The translations under genes were made by a program, and so were the position numbers. Under the pieces are notes generated by a model. It was not told the DNA's origin. It saw only the letters and a program-made list of their open reading frames with translations, and did not search any database. Shown piece by piece: positions 21,545-30,855 of a stretch of 64,000 nt of DNA. Location of the stretch: contig CAZSAP010000013.1 of NCBI GenBank assembly GCA_964604705.1, positions 21,388 through 85,387 of the forward strand, given 5' to 3'. How positions within the stretch are numbered: position 1 is the first letter of the stretch; the number at the start of each line of letters is the position of its first letter. This DNA is from an uncultured bacterium. Its GTDB lineage: Bacteria; Oederibacteriota; JAAXVQ01.

Positions 21545-22561
21545 TTAAACCGAGCCCTCGGTCTTCAGGATTTCCAAAACCGCCGCCGCGGCGCGATCAA
21601 CGGGAATGGCCTGCATGTTCACGCCTGCGTCGGTTACGGGCGGTGAGAGCAGGACCTGCCGATTTCCCAGCGGACTCCAACGTTCTGGACCGGTCACACC
21701 CGCCGGTGGAAAAAAGGAGACCGTGGGTGTGCCCACCCCGGCGGCGATATGCATCGGGCCGGTGTTGCCTGAAACCACGACCTTCATCCGGGCCAACAAC
21801 GCTGCCAATTGGGGCAGTGTCACAGGCTCATCCAGGATCACGGGTGGAACCTCACAGCCCTCGGCCACCTCATGCAAGGCACGTTGCTCCGACATGGAGC
21901 CGGTCAAGAGTACTCGGGTCTGAGGCCAACGCACCAGTTGTTGCACCAGCCCCCGATACTGTGTCAGGGGCCAGTTGGCCGCCGAGCCTCGTCCGCCCGG
22001 ATGCACCGCAATCCACTGGGTCGCCGGAACAGACCCTTTATTCTGCAAATATACCTGCGCCCAGCGTTCGGCCTCCGGCCATACACGCAACGAGGTTGGC
22101 GTAAGTTCCGCGGCAACGCCCAGGGCGCGCACCAGATCCAAATTAAAATCCGCTTCATGTCGCCCACCGCGCGCACGGCTGATGCGCACAGGATGCGTAT
22201 ACAAAAACGACCACCAACGGCGACCGGTTCCAATCCGCTGGGGAACCCCGGCCGAGAACACGGCCCAGGAAATGCGGGGATCAGGAAAAACCAAAAAAGC
22301 AGCATCGAAACGGGCCTGAAAAATACGGCGCGACAATTCACGTCGTCCCGCCCAGCCGCGATGCTCTCCCAAGGCACTGTAGGTCCAAACCTCATCCACC
22401 CCGGTCTGACGTTCAATCATTCCAGCAGCATACTCCGAGGCCAGAAACGTAATGCGTGCATACGGCCACGCCCGCTTAAGCGCCGTCACCAGAGGTAAGG
22501 TCAGCAGGGCATCGCCGATGGCATCGGTTCGACAGATTAGAATATTTTGCAAAGGTTCCAA
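21545..22561 (-). CDS. ADP-heptose:LPS heptosyltransferase (glycosyltransferase family 9, WaaF/WaaC/WaaQ-like)
   Basis: N-terminal ILICRTDAIGDALLTLP and C-terminal VSGNTGPMHIAAGVGTPTVSFF, typical of GT9 heptosyltransferases. Confidence 0.8.
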   Translation of the reverse strand: MEPLQNILICRTDAIGDALLTLPLVTALKRAWPYARITFLASEYAAGMIERQTGVDEVWTYSALGEHRGWAGRRELSRRIFQARFDAAFLVFPDPRISWAVFSAGVPQRIGTGRRWWSFLYTHPVRISRARGGRHEADFNLDLVRALGVAAELTPTSLRVWPEAERWAQVYLQNKGSVPATQWIAVHPGGRGSAANWPLTQYRGLVQQLVRWPQTRVLLTGSMSEQRALHEVAEGCEVPPVILDEPVTLPQLAALLARMKVVVSGNTGPMHIAAGVGTPTVSFFPPAGVTGPERWSPLGNRQVLLSPPVTDAGVNMQAIPVDRAAAAVLEILKTEGSV

Positions 22562-22597
22562 CGTACAGATTCCTCCGGTTTGGTCCTTGCGGCCTGG

Positions 22598-23248
22598 CTA
22601 CTCGGTCTCGCAGAGATCACCCTCTGTGTCCCCGGGCAAGGTCTTGCGTTTCAACCCCCAGCGTTTCGCAGGCATCGGTTCCTGCTGAAAACGCAGGATG
22701 GCCTGAGCCGCAGCTCCCAAATCCGGCGAGACAATATCCGGGCCTTGGTCGAGGGCAAAACCCTCGGACTGAGTCTTGGCGCCGTACCCGGTTAACACCA
22801 ACACGGTTCGCAGGCCGAGATTCTTGCCAAACTGCACATCCACATCTTTATCCCCTATGACCCAGCTGTGCGCCAGATCCAAATCCAACTCTTGTTGCGC
22901 CGAGAGAATCATCCCCGGTTGGGGCTTGCGACACTGGCAGTCCTGGGTGTATTGCGGAACGTTCCCTTTAACGTGATGGGGACAATAATAGACCGCATCC
23001 ACCTGGGCGCCTTTTTCCGCGAGCAAATCCCGCATGCGCTGATTCACCCGAGCCACGGTGTTCTCGTCAAAATAACCCCGGGCCACCCCCGACTGGTTGG
23101 AGGTTACCACCAACACAAAGCCTGCGCGGCGCAAGGCTCGCAAGCCTTCGGCGGCCCCGGCCAAAATCTCAACCCCGGCTGGATCAGCCAAATATTCAGC
23201 TTCCCGAATAATGGTCCCGTCGCGGTCCAAAAACACGGCCGGGCGCAT
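22598..23248 (-). CDS. gmhB: D-glycero-D-manno-heptose 1,7-bisphosphate phosphatase (HAD family)
   Basis: HAD motif FLDRDGT, a Zn-binding C..H...C.C cluster (YYCPHH...CQCRKP) and GDK.D near the C-terminus. Confidence 0.85.
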   Translation of the reverse strand: MRPAVFLDRDGTIIREAEYLADPAGVEILAGAAEGLRALRRAGFVLVVTSNQSGVARGYFDENTVARVNQRMRDLLAEKGAQVDAVYYCPHHVKGNVPQYTQDCQCRKPQPGMILSAQQELDLDLAHSWVIGDKDVDVQFGKNLGLRTVLVLTGYGAKTQSEGFALDQGPDIVSPDLGAAAQAILRFQQEPMPAKRWGLKRKTLPGDTEGDLCETE

Positions 23249-24999
23249 TAGCTCGAACTCCCCTTGGCGGCCAAAAATTGCAACTTGACCAATTTGGCGT
23301 AGAGGCCTTTCTTCTTAAGTAACTCCTGATGCTTGCCGGATTCCACAATCTTGCCTTCGTCCAACACAATGATGTTATCGGCATGTTGCACAGTGGACAA
23401 ACGGTGAGCAATAACAAACGTGGTGCGGTGCGCCATCAGGCGGATCAACGCATCTTGGACCAAACGCTCGGACTCCGTATCCAAAGCCGAAGTGGCCTCA
23501 TCCAAAACCAAGATCGGCGGATTTTTTAATATCGCGCGGGCAATCGCCAGACGCTGCCGCTGCCCGCCGGATAATTTCACACCGCGTTCGCCGATCATGG
23601 TTTCGTACCCCTGTTTGGCATGCAAAATAAATTCATGTGCGTTCGCGGCCTTGGCCGCAGCTTCCACTTCGGCCTGAGAGGCGTCCGGACGTCCATAGGC
23701 AATGTTGTTGCGGATCGTGTCATTGAACAAAATGGTTTCTTGTGTGACCACCCCCACCATGCTGCGCAAGGACTTCACTGTGATCTTGCGCAAATCATGT
23801 CCATCAATCAAAATCGAACCGCGCTGGGTATCGGCAAAGCGCGGGATCAAATCCACCAGCGTGGTTTTCCCGGCGCCCGAACGCCCGACGATGGCGAGGA
23901 CCTTCCCGGCCGGCACTGAAAAATGCACATCCTTCAACACCGGCCTGTCCGGTTGATAGGAAAACCATACGTGCTTGAACTCGACCTTTTTCTTTACGCC
24001 CAGCACATCTTTGGCTTCCGGATGATCCTGAATGGTCGGAGGGCTGTCGAGCAGTTCAAACACACGCTGCCCGGCGGCCAAGGCCTGTTGAATGGTGTTG
24101 TTGATCCCGGCCATGGTCTTCACCTGGGGATAAAGCGAGGCCAAGGCGCCGATAAAGGCAAAAAACGTTCCTGCCGTGTAGCCCCCTTCAATGACCTTGG
24201 TCCCGGCCCAGACAATCATAAAACAAATGCCGAGGGAGCCAATGAACTCCATCAGCGGACTGGAAATGGCGGTCTTGCGCAAGGCGCGCATGGTCAGATC
24301 GAAGAAATGGCGCAATTCATTTTTAAACCGTTCAATCTCCTTTTTTTCCATGGTGAAGGCCTTGACCACGCGCACACCGGCAATGCTCTCATGCAAGACC
24401 GTGGTCAAATCCGCCATTTTGGATTGGGACTGATGCGACAGCTTACGCAACGATTTCCCAATATAAATAACCGGGTACACGGCAATCGGAAACACAAACA
24501 AAGAGATAAACGCCAACTTCCAATCCAGATAAAACACCAATCCGATCAAACCTATAATCGTGAGTAAGGACCCCATGAGTTGCCCGAGCACATTTGAGAC
24601 CGCTGCTTGCATCTGCGTCACATCGTTGGTGATGCGCGAAATTAAGAGCCCGCTCCTCTGACTCTGAAAAAAACTCATGTCCAACTCCAGCAGATGAGCG
24701 TACAGTTGGTTGCGTACGTCCATGATGATTCGATTGCCTATATAGTTGATCAGATAATCCTGCCCGTAGGTGGTGAATCCTTTAAGCAAATATGTCAGCA
24801 CAATGGCCAACGGCACCAACTTCAGGTAAAACAGGGCCTGGGCATGGTCGGGGTTGCCCAAGATCTTGTCCATCACCGGTTTGATCAAGTACATGCCGGC
24901 GGCGGTGAGTCCGGCGGTTAAGGCCAGACAGATCAAGGCCACGATCACCCGGCCGAGATAGGGTTTTACGTATTGCAGCAAGCGCAAATAAAGTTTCAT
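23248..24999 (-). CDS. msbA: Lipid A export ABC transporter, fused permease/ATPase (MsbA-like)
   Basis: Six-TM domain plus a nucleotide-binding domain with Walker A GRSGAGKTT, signature LSGGQRQR and Walker B ILVLDEATSALD. Probable start is M12 (ATG at 24999). Confidence 0.85.
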   Translation of the reverse strand: MKLYLRLLQYVKPYLGRVIVALICLALTAGLTAAGMYLIKPVMDKILGNPDHAQALFYLKLVPLAIVLTYLLKGFTTYGQDYLINYIGNRIIMDVRNQLYAHLLELDMSFFQSQRSGLLISRITNDVTQMQAAVSNVLGQLMGSLLTIIGLIGLVFYLDWKLAFISLFVFPIAVYPVIYIGKSLRKLSHQSQSKMADLTTVLHESIAGVRVVKAFTMEKKEIERFKNELRHFFDLTMRALRKTAISSPLMEFIGSLGICFMIVWAGTKVIEGGYTAGTFFAFIGALASLYPQVKTMAGINNTIQQALAAGQRVFELLDSPPTIQDHPEAKDVLGVKKKVEFKHVWFSYQPDRPVLKDVHFSVPAGKVLAIVGRSGAGKTTLVDLIPRFADTQRGSILIDGHDLRKITVKSLRSMVGVVTQETILFNDTIRNNIAYGRPDASQAEVEAAAKAANAHEFILHAKQGYETMIGERGVKLSGGQRQRLAIARAILKNPPILVLDEATSALDTESERLVQDALIRLMAHRTTFVIAHRLSTVQHADNIIVLDEGKIVESGKHQELLKKKGLYAKLVKLQFLAAKGSSS

Positions 25000-25157
25000 C
25001 CTGCTTGAACTCCTAACCACGCACCCGTACATCGGGTTTATTTTCCAAACATCGTACTATACCACATTTGGGCGTCCCATAAAAAGCGTGACCCCTAAAA
25101 AAAAGTGGGGACCCGATACTTGCGGGCCCCCACGTAGGATCTATGGCGTATATCCAC

Positions 25158-27404
25158 TTACCGGGGCAGACGAATGATGACCTCGTCGCGCCGGTTTTTC
25201 TTGCGTCCATCGGCTGTTTTGTTGGACGCCACGGGCTTGGTTGGCCCCCAGCCCTGGATGGTCAGCTGGTAATCGGGCACGTTTTGTTCACTCACCAAAA
25301 ATTGCCGTACGGATTCGGCGCGCACCAAGGAAAGCTTCATGTTGGTTTTTAGCTTCCCTACTGCATCGGTATGGCCATTGACCACGGCTTCGCAGGCCGG
25401 TTCGTCGTTGATCACATAGGCGCATTTGATGACCTTATCAAACATTTCTGCGGTCAGGAAGGCCTTGCCTGTATCAAACAGAATGTTCCCGATCTTAATG
25501 GTATCGCGGCTCCCGTTTTTATACATGGTCGCCAACACCGGGCGAATGCGGTCCGCCACGATGATTTGATGCCCTTCCTCATCGACAGCTGAAAGTTCGT
25601 AACGGTACGACGCATTGTTCAACACGGCTGCACCGGCATTGTCTTTCGAATCCCAGGCAAACGCCTTGAACAACTCCTCTTTGGTCACATAGGATCGGAT
25701 GACCTGGTTGGCATCGTCGTAAATATCCAAGCGCCAACTTTCGGTCTTGATGGGGTCTTTGATGGAGAAGTAGACCTTGTCCGGATATTGTTCAAAATTT
25801 TTGCTGGTGTACAGTTTCGGGATCGTATCAATGATAAAGATCGTGCCCTTCACCATCTTGGTATCCGAGCCTTCCACAATGGTCAAGGTGAACGGATACA
25901 GTTCCTTGGACGGTACACGCATGCCGGCCGTGTCCTTGGCATTCCAGGCAAACGACTTGGGCGGCTGGCCCTCCCCAAAATACCGCTTCATCAACGCGCC
26001 CCGGGCATTGGTGATGACCAGGTTCCACGATGTGGCGCTCTCCACTCCTTCGGGCATCTTCGGCACCAGAGTCACATCACCCGTAAACCCAACGAAGACT
26101 CCGTGCAGTTTGGGAATCTTGCCCGAAACCGTGGGTTGGGGCTTGGGACGCGGGGTGGCGGTAAATTGCGGCGTCACGGTCGGCGTGGGGGTCTCCGTAA
26201 ATTCTGGCGTGGCGGTGGGCGTAGGGGTGAGTGTTACCGTCGGGGTGGGGGTCACCACCGGTCCGCCGGTATGCCAGTCAATGGATAAGCGCTGGTTCCA
26301 CTCGGGCTGCTGGCCGGGATACGTTCCCAGCTCACGCCCGAAATACGTCCATTCAACATTGATAAACGAGGTTACCAACGCCACACCGGCGGTTGGGTAC
26401 CCTTGGTAAAACCCGCCGCGCAAGGCCAGCAGTCCGGAAAGCAAAAACTCCAAACCCATGCGCGTCTTGGAAAGATTGATTTGCGAGGCATTGTTGGGCG
26501 TGTTCTTGAACTCGTTATCGCCTTGCCAGTTCATTTCCACCACATCCAGGGCCAGAGTTGTGCCCAAATCCTGGAAGTTTAGGAAATACGGTTTGTACGC
26601 CACACCGACTTTGAGGTTGGGAGGTTGTACTTCCTCCATGATCCGTGTATACAAATCCGCGGCCATAACCGCAAAGGTCCACTCGGTGGTGGGCTGATAC
26701 ATCAGTCCCAGGTCAAATCCACCGCCCCATTCCTGACGCAGATTGACTTCCTTCATGTCCGCCAATTCCAGCGCGTTTTTGGTTTGCAAGGTTCCGCCGC
26801 GCTGGGTCGCCTTAAACGTCGATCCTGCCGCCAAATAACCAAAATAAGGGATCTGCCAACCCCACCCAAACGACATGGTCTCGATCAGCGCCACCCGCAC
26901 GTCCCAATGCACCTGGGGCACCAAAATAGCGCTGGTGGTCATAAGATCATCCGTGGTCAGCCACATGCCGCAGCCAAAGTGCGGACCCACATACTTCCAG
27001 CTGCCTTCGGTCACGGCATGGATGCGGGTATTGGCCAGGGCCGAACCTGTTTCAGGAGACACATCCGGAAACTTGGTGAATTCATTGGCATGCCCGGCCC
27101 AGAACTGCATCTGATCAAACGAATGCGTGTCCGTGCCCAGCATGAAATACGGCAAGGTAAAACGCCAGTATTGCAGACGCGCCAAACCGGCAGGATTGTA
27201 AAACATGGCGTTCTCATCGTCGGCCACGGCCACAAACGCACCGCCCATGGCCATCGGGCGCATGCCTTGGATAAAAATACGGTCCGTGTTGTCGCCCAGC
27301 ATCATTTGCTGCTCGCGTGTTTCACCGGCCCAACTCGACCCTCCACTTAGGGTGCCAAGCAGGGCCAAGGTCACGGCCAGAGATTTTAACAGGCGGTTGG
27401 TCAT
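25158..27404 (-). CDS. PorV/PorQ/PorP-like outer-membrane beta-barrel with a Thr/Pro-rich linker and a C-terminal OmpA-like peptidoglycan-binding domain
   Basis: Signal peptide. Family motif GMRPMAMGGAFVAVADDENAMFYNPAGLARLQ. Linker TPTPTVTLTPTPTATPEFTETPTPTVTPQFTATP. C-terminal OmpA motif GHTDAVGKLKTNMKLSLVRAESVRQFL. Confidence 0.65.
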   Translation of the reverse strand: MTNRLLKSLAVTLALLGTLSGGSSWAGETREQQMMLGDNTDRIFIQGMRPMAMGGAFVAVADDENAMFYNPAGLARLQYWRFTLPYFMLGTDTHSFDQMQFWAGHANEFTKFPDVSPETGSALANTRIHAVTEGSWKYVGPHFGCGMWLTTDDLMTTSAILVPQVHWDVRVALIETMSFGWGWQIPYFGYLAAGSTFKATQRGGTLQTKNALELADMKEVNLRQEWGGGFDLGLMYQPTTEWTFAVMAADLYTRIMEEVQPPNLKVGVAYKPYFLNFQDLGTTLALDVVEMNWQGDNEFKNTPNNASQINLSKTRMGLEFLLSGLLALRGGFYQGYPTAGVALVTSFINVEWTYFGRELGTYPGQQPEWNQRLSIDWHTGGPVVTPTPTVTLTPTPTATPEFTETPTPTVTPQFTATPRPKPQPTVSGKIPKLHGVFVGFTGDVTLVPKMPEGVESATSWNLVITNARGALMKRYFGEGQPPKSFAWNAKDTAGMRVPSKELYPFTLTIVEGSDTKMVKGTIFIIDTIPKLYTSKNFEQYPDKVYFSIKDPIKTESWRLDIYDDANQVIRSYVTKEELFKAFAWDSKDNAGAAVLNNASYRYELSAVDEEGHQIIVADRIRPVLATMYKNGSRDTIKIGNILFDTGKAFLTAEMFDKVIKCAYVINDEPACEAVVNGHTDAVGKLKTNMKLSLVRAESVRQFLVSEQNVPDYQLTIQGWGPTKPVASNKTADGRKKNRRDEVIIRLPR

Positions 27405-27424
27405 GCAGTGTGCCTCCCGAGAGA

Positions 27425-28222
27425 TTAATGCGTTTGTACTTGCAGACTGGAGAACATATCAATCAGGTCATTGATCATTTTCTTGGACTCGGTAGCCGCC
27501 GCGGCAACCCGCAGACGGGCAATGCCGGCATCAATGTCGGTTTGCAGCTGGGTCAGCACCGCGGTTGAAGGCGTGGGCGTGATCCAATAAAACGAACTGG
27601 GCAGGGCATCAAACTGCGCTTGGGTGATGCCCAGCGCCGCCGCGGTGGTGGAACTTTTGGATAGTTGTTGCACCTGGTAGGAAGCCGCGGTCAGTTCCTG
27701 CATCCGCGCCGCCATGCGCAACACATAGATAAAACCGACATTCAAATTCACGTTTACGTCGTTACGCCCGTACAGGCCGTGCGTTTGCCCCAAGGCAATG
27801 GGATCCAAGACATTGATCAGTTGGGTGTAAAAATCCACCAAGTCCGTATAGGTGGCACAATGCCAGTCCGGCAAATTAATCAATTGTAGGGTGCTGCTGG
27901 AGCCGGATCCCGAACCTGATTTTTTCGTGAGGGTTTTTATGAAATCAACCAAGTTAAACTTTTGCCTTTTGACCAAGGCCTCCGCCAGCCCGTAGCGCGC
28001 TTCGGAACTGCCTGCATCATGATCCAGGGCCCGGTTGAAGTAGACCACGGCGTTGTTGTAGTCCCCCCGCGCCAGGGCCGACTGTCCGTCGGCGGTCAAC
28101 ACGCTGGCATCGCTGGCTTTGCCGTCGTCGTGCATGGTGCCGAACAAGTTGCAGCCCGTGACCAGCAGCAAACCGAGCAGGCCAATCAAGCGGATGCGTC
28201 GTACCCAAGGTTTCCAGGCCAT
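27425..28222 (-). CDS. Hypothetical lipoprotein
   Basis: Lipobox LLVTGC after a signal peptide. 265 aa with a TPR-like N-terminal region. Confidence 0.5.
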   Translation of the reverse strand: MAWKPWVRRIRLIGLLGLLLVTGCNLFGTMHDDGKASDASVLTADGQSALARGDYNNAVVYFNRALDHDAGSSEARYGLAEALVKRQKFNLVDFIKTLTKKSGSGSGSSSTLQLINLPDWHCATYTDLVDFYTQLINVLDPIALGQTHGLYGRNDVNVNLNVGFIYVLRMAARMQELTAASYQVQQLSKSSTTAAALGITQAQFDALPSSFYWITPTPSTAVLTQLQTDIDAGIARLRVAAAATESKKMINDLIDMFSSLQVQTH

Positions 28223-28318
28223 ACGAGTTCACCTCGTGAGCAAGAATTTTTAAAAGTATAACGCAGTCCTGACAAACCCGTCAATGATTATAGCTTTTGG
28301 ACCAGTGAGATTGCGCGC

Positions 28319-29254
28319 TTAGAAAATCCAGGAGATAGCGGCGTGAACGCCATAGCCGTTTTGCAGCTTGCCGCTGACAACATCGAAGGCCAAATCGGGT
28401 TGCGAAAAGTAACGCACGCCCAGGAAATAATTTTGCGTGTCGATCCAGTCGGGAATCGTATCCATGGCTAAGGTGACATACAACTCACCCGGTATGACCA
28501 TGGCTTCCAATGCCGCTTTGGCTCCGGCATTGAACTCGCCGTGGGCCTCTTCGGTGGTCCCGCGCCGACCGCTTTGATACTCCACCAGGGCTTCGGCATG
28601 GATTCGAAAATACTGCATAAACGCGTGCGCGGATTCACTGGCCTGCAAGGCACGCGCCAGGGCGCCCAAATCTTTGGAAAAGACCACCCCGGTCCGGACA
28701 CGGCTCCCGCGAAAGATCGTTTCGCGGGGCTCACCGAGCGTGCGGTGATTGAGAACCAAGACATCCGCCACCACGGCAATGGCGGGTTTGGACGAATCCA
28801 CCTGCTCGGGCAAAACCGCATACCGCAAGCCGGCATCCACCGTGTTGCTGGCGCCCAAGGCCGCCATCCGGGCAGAAACCATCATGTCCTGCATCACGGC
28901 CCAACTGACCGCCACATCAATCCCCGGATTCTGACTTAAAAACAAACCAAGGTTGACTTCCGTGCGTTCCATACGCGGAATGTAGGCGGAAAAATAATAC
29001 GGAAACAAAACTCGCTCCTGCCCGAACTCTTCAGCCAAACGTGCGCTCATGACGTCTTCCGCCGGCACCGTCTGAGCCGAGCCTGAATCGGTGGGCGTGG
29101 CTGTGGCTACGGGTTCGGCTTCCAACACCTCGTTGCTGCCCGGCATAGGGGCGAGGGCAGAAACGGAAAAGGCTGGGACGCTCAACCCCAGCCCCAAAAA
29201 GAGACCCACGGTCAAGCAGCCCAGCCAGTGTTTAATCCTTTGACATCGGATCAT
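28319..29254 (-). CDS. Hypothetical secreted outer-membrane protein
   Basis: Signal peptide after ATG at 29254 (MIRCQRIKHWLGCLTVGLFLGLGLSVPAFSVSALA). The C-terminus ends in aromatic ...ISWIF, typical of beta-barrel OMPs. Confidence 0.45.
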   Translation of the reverse strand: MIRCQRIKHWLGCLTVGLFLGLGLSVPAFSVSALAPMPGSNEVLEAEPVATATPTDSGSAQTVPAEDVMSARLAEEFGQERVLFPYYFSAYIPRMERTEVNLGLFLSQNPGIDVAVSWAVMQDMMVSARMAALGASNTVDAGLRYAVLPEQVDSSKPAIAVVADVLVLNHRTLGEPRETIFRGSRVRTGVVFSKDLGALARALQASESAHAFMQYFRIHAEALVEYQSGRRGTTEEAHGEFNAGAKAALEAMVIPGELYVTLAMDTIPDWIDTQNYFLGVRYFSQPDLAFDVVSGKLQNGYGVHAAISWIF

Positions 29255-29378
29255 GCGATGAACCCTTATGTTCAAGCGACGCTCCTTGATCACTGTCCCA
29301 ACACCAAACCTATTACATTCACGTTTACAAAAAGCCTGTGGGAGTCGGACCTCATGTCCGGCTCCCACAGGCTGGTGA

Positions 29379-30539
29379 CTATTTCTTTGCTTTGTATTTC
29401 GCGGCAAGCTGCTTCAATGACGCAGCCTTGTCGGTCTTTTCCCAGGAGAACGTGCGACGCCCAAAGTGACCGTACGCAGCGGTCGCGCGGTAGATCGGCT
29501 TGCGTAGTTTCAGGTGCTCGATAATGCCCTTGGGTGTCAACGGGAACACCGCACGCACGAGTTTGGAGATTGCCTCTTCCGGAATGGTGTTGGTGCAGAA
29601 CGTATCCACCATGACCGACGTAGGCTCCGCCACGCCAATGGCGTACGACAACTGAATCTCACACTTATCGGCCAATCCGGCCGCAACCACGTTCTTGGCA
29701 ATGTAGCGCGCCATATACGCCGCCGAACGATCCACCTTGGACGGATCTTTGCCCGAGAAGGCGCCGCCGCCGTGCCGGCCCATGCCGCCGTACGTATCCA
29801 CAATGATCTTGCGCCCGGTCAAGCCGGTATCGCCGTGGGGACCGCCGATGATGAACTGTCCGGTCGGATTCACATAGTATTTGGTCTTGCTGTCCAACAT
29901 CTTGGCGGGAATCACCGGCTTGACGACCAGTGAGAGCATGTCTTGCTTAATGCGGTTCTGCGACACACCCGGATGGTGCTGCGTGGAAATAACCACGGCA
30001 TCCACACGGAACGGTTTGCCGTTGCGGTACTCGACCGAGACCTGGGACTTTCCGTCAGGGCGCAAGTACTTCACCTTGCCCTGCTTGCGAACCAACGTCA
30101 ACCGTTCGGTCAACTGGTGAGCCAGCGTAATCGGCATGGGCATCAGTTCCGGAGTTTCACGCGTCGCGAAGCCAAACATCATGCCCTGGTCACCGGCGCC
30201 ATCGCGATCCACACCCATGGCAATGTCCGGGGACTGAGACTGCAAGGCTGTCAACACCGAGCAGGTCTTGGCATCAAAACCCATGTCCGCATCCGTGTAA
30301 CCAATATCGGCCACCACTTGACGAACCAAATCCGGCACATTGAAATGCGCCGTCGTGGTGATCTCTCCGGCCACGATCACAATGCCGGTGGTCAACAAGG
30401 TCTCGCAGGCCACACGTCCGCGCGGATCCTTGGCCAATACCGCATCCAACACGGCATCGGAAATCTGATCTGCCATCTTATCCGGATGGCCTTCGGTTAC
30501 AGACTCCGAAGTAAAAAAGTAATTCCCCGTACACTCCAT
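29379..30539 (-). CDS. metK: S-adenosylmethionine synthase
   Basis: N-terminal [27 protein letters not shown]. Start assigned to ATG at 30539, which has a GGAGG Shine-Dalgarno 6 nt upstream. The track ORF extends spuriously to 30674. Confidence 0.95.
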   Translation of the reverse strand: MECTGNYFFTSESVTEGHPDKMADQISDAVLDAVLAKDPRGRVACETLLTTGIVIVAGEITTTAHFNVPDLVRQVVADIGYTDADMGFDAKTCSVLTALQSQSPDIAMGVDRDGAGDQGMMFGFATRETPELMPMPITLAHQLTERLTLVRKQGKVKYLRPDGKSQVSVEYRNGKPFRVDAVVISTQHHPGVSQNRIKQDMLSLVVKPVIPAKMLDSKTKYYVNPTGQFIIGGPHGDTGLTGRKIIVDTYGGMGRHGGGAFSGKDPSKVDRSAAYMARYIAKNVVAAGLADKCEIQLSYAIGVAEPTSVMVDTFCTNTIPEEAISKLVRAVFPLTPKGIIEHLKLRKPIYRATAAYGHFGRRTFSWEKTDKAASLKQLAAKYKAKK

Positions 30540-30609
30540 GGTCTTCCTCCTAGTAAAGGTATAATCTACAAATAGTGAAGCCCGGATCTCGATTCCGGGC
30601 GAATGCGCG

Positions 30610-30638
30610 ATTATAAACACCCCCACCCCCCCTGTCAA
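30610..30638 (-). promoter_or_regulatory. Consensus sigma70 promoter (TTGACA-N17-TATAAT) for metK
   Basis: Minus-strand TTGACA at 30638-30633, a 17-nt G-rich spacer, and TATAAT at 30615-30610. This leaves a leader of about 65 nt to the metK ATG, containing the hairpin cccggaatcgagatccggg. Confidence 0.5.
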
Positions 30639-30855
30639 GACTTCTACGCGACTATTCTCGAACTTCTGCGACATGCTCCCCGCACAGCTGCAGGCTCGCG
30701 AAACCCTCTTGTGGCAAATAACTTTGCACCCCTACCGTTTCCCAAGTAAAAAAGCATCTGGTTCCGACAAAAAACTTGCCTTAGCCTCCCCCTTCCTTTA
30801 GTATGAAGAGCCTTTGCAGCTTCGGGCGCCTATTCCATGGCGGCGGTTTTGTATT

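Noticed and set aside
20833-22498. Plus-strand ORFs of 423 aa and 229 aa antisense to the membrane-protein and heptosyltransferase genes
   Set aside because: Same reasoning. These are antisense artefacts with R/P/H-rich composition, while the minus-strand genes have clear family signatures.
30540-30813. Possible SAM riboswitch upstream of metK
   Set aside because: The consensus promoter at 30610-30638 leaves only about 65 nt of leader. No SAM-I, SAM-II or SAM-IV conserved cores were found by eye.
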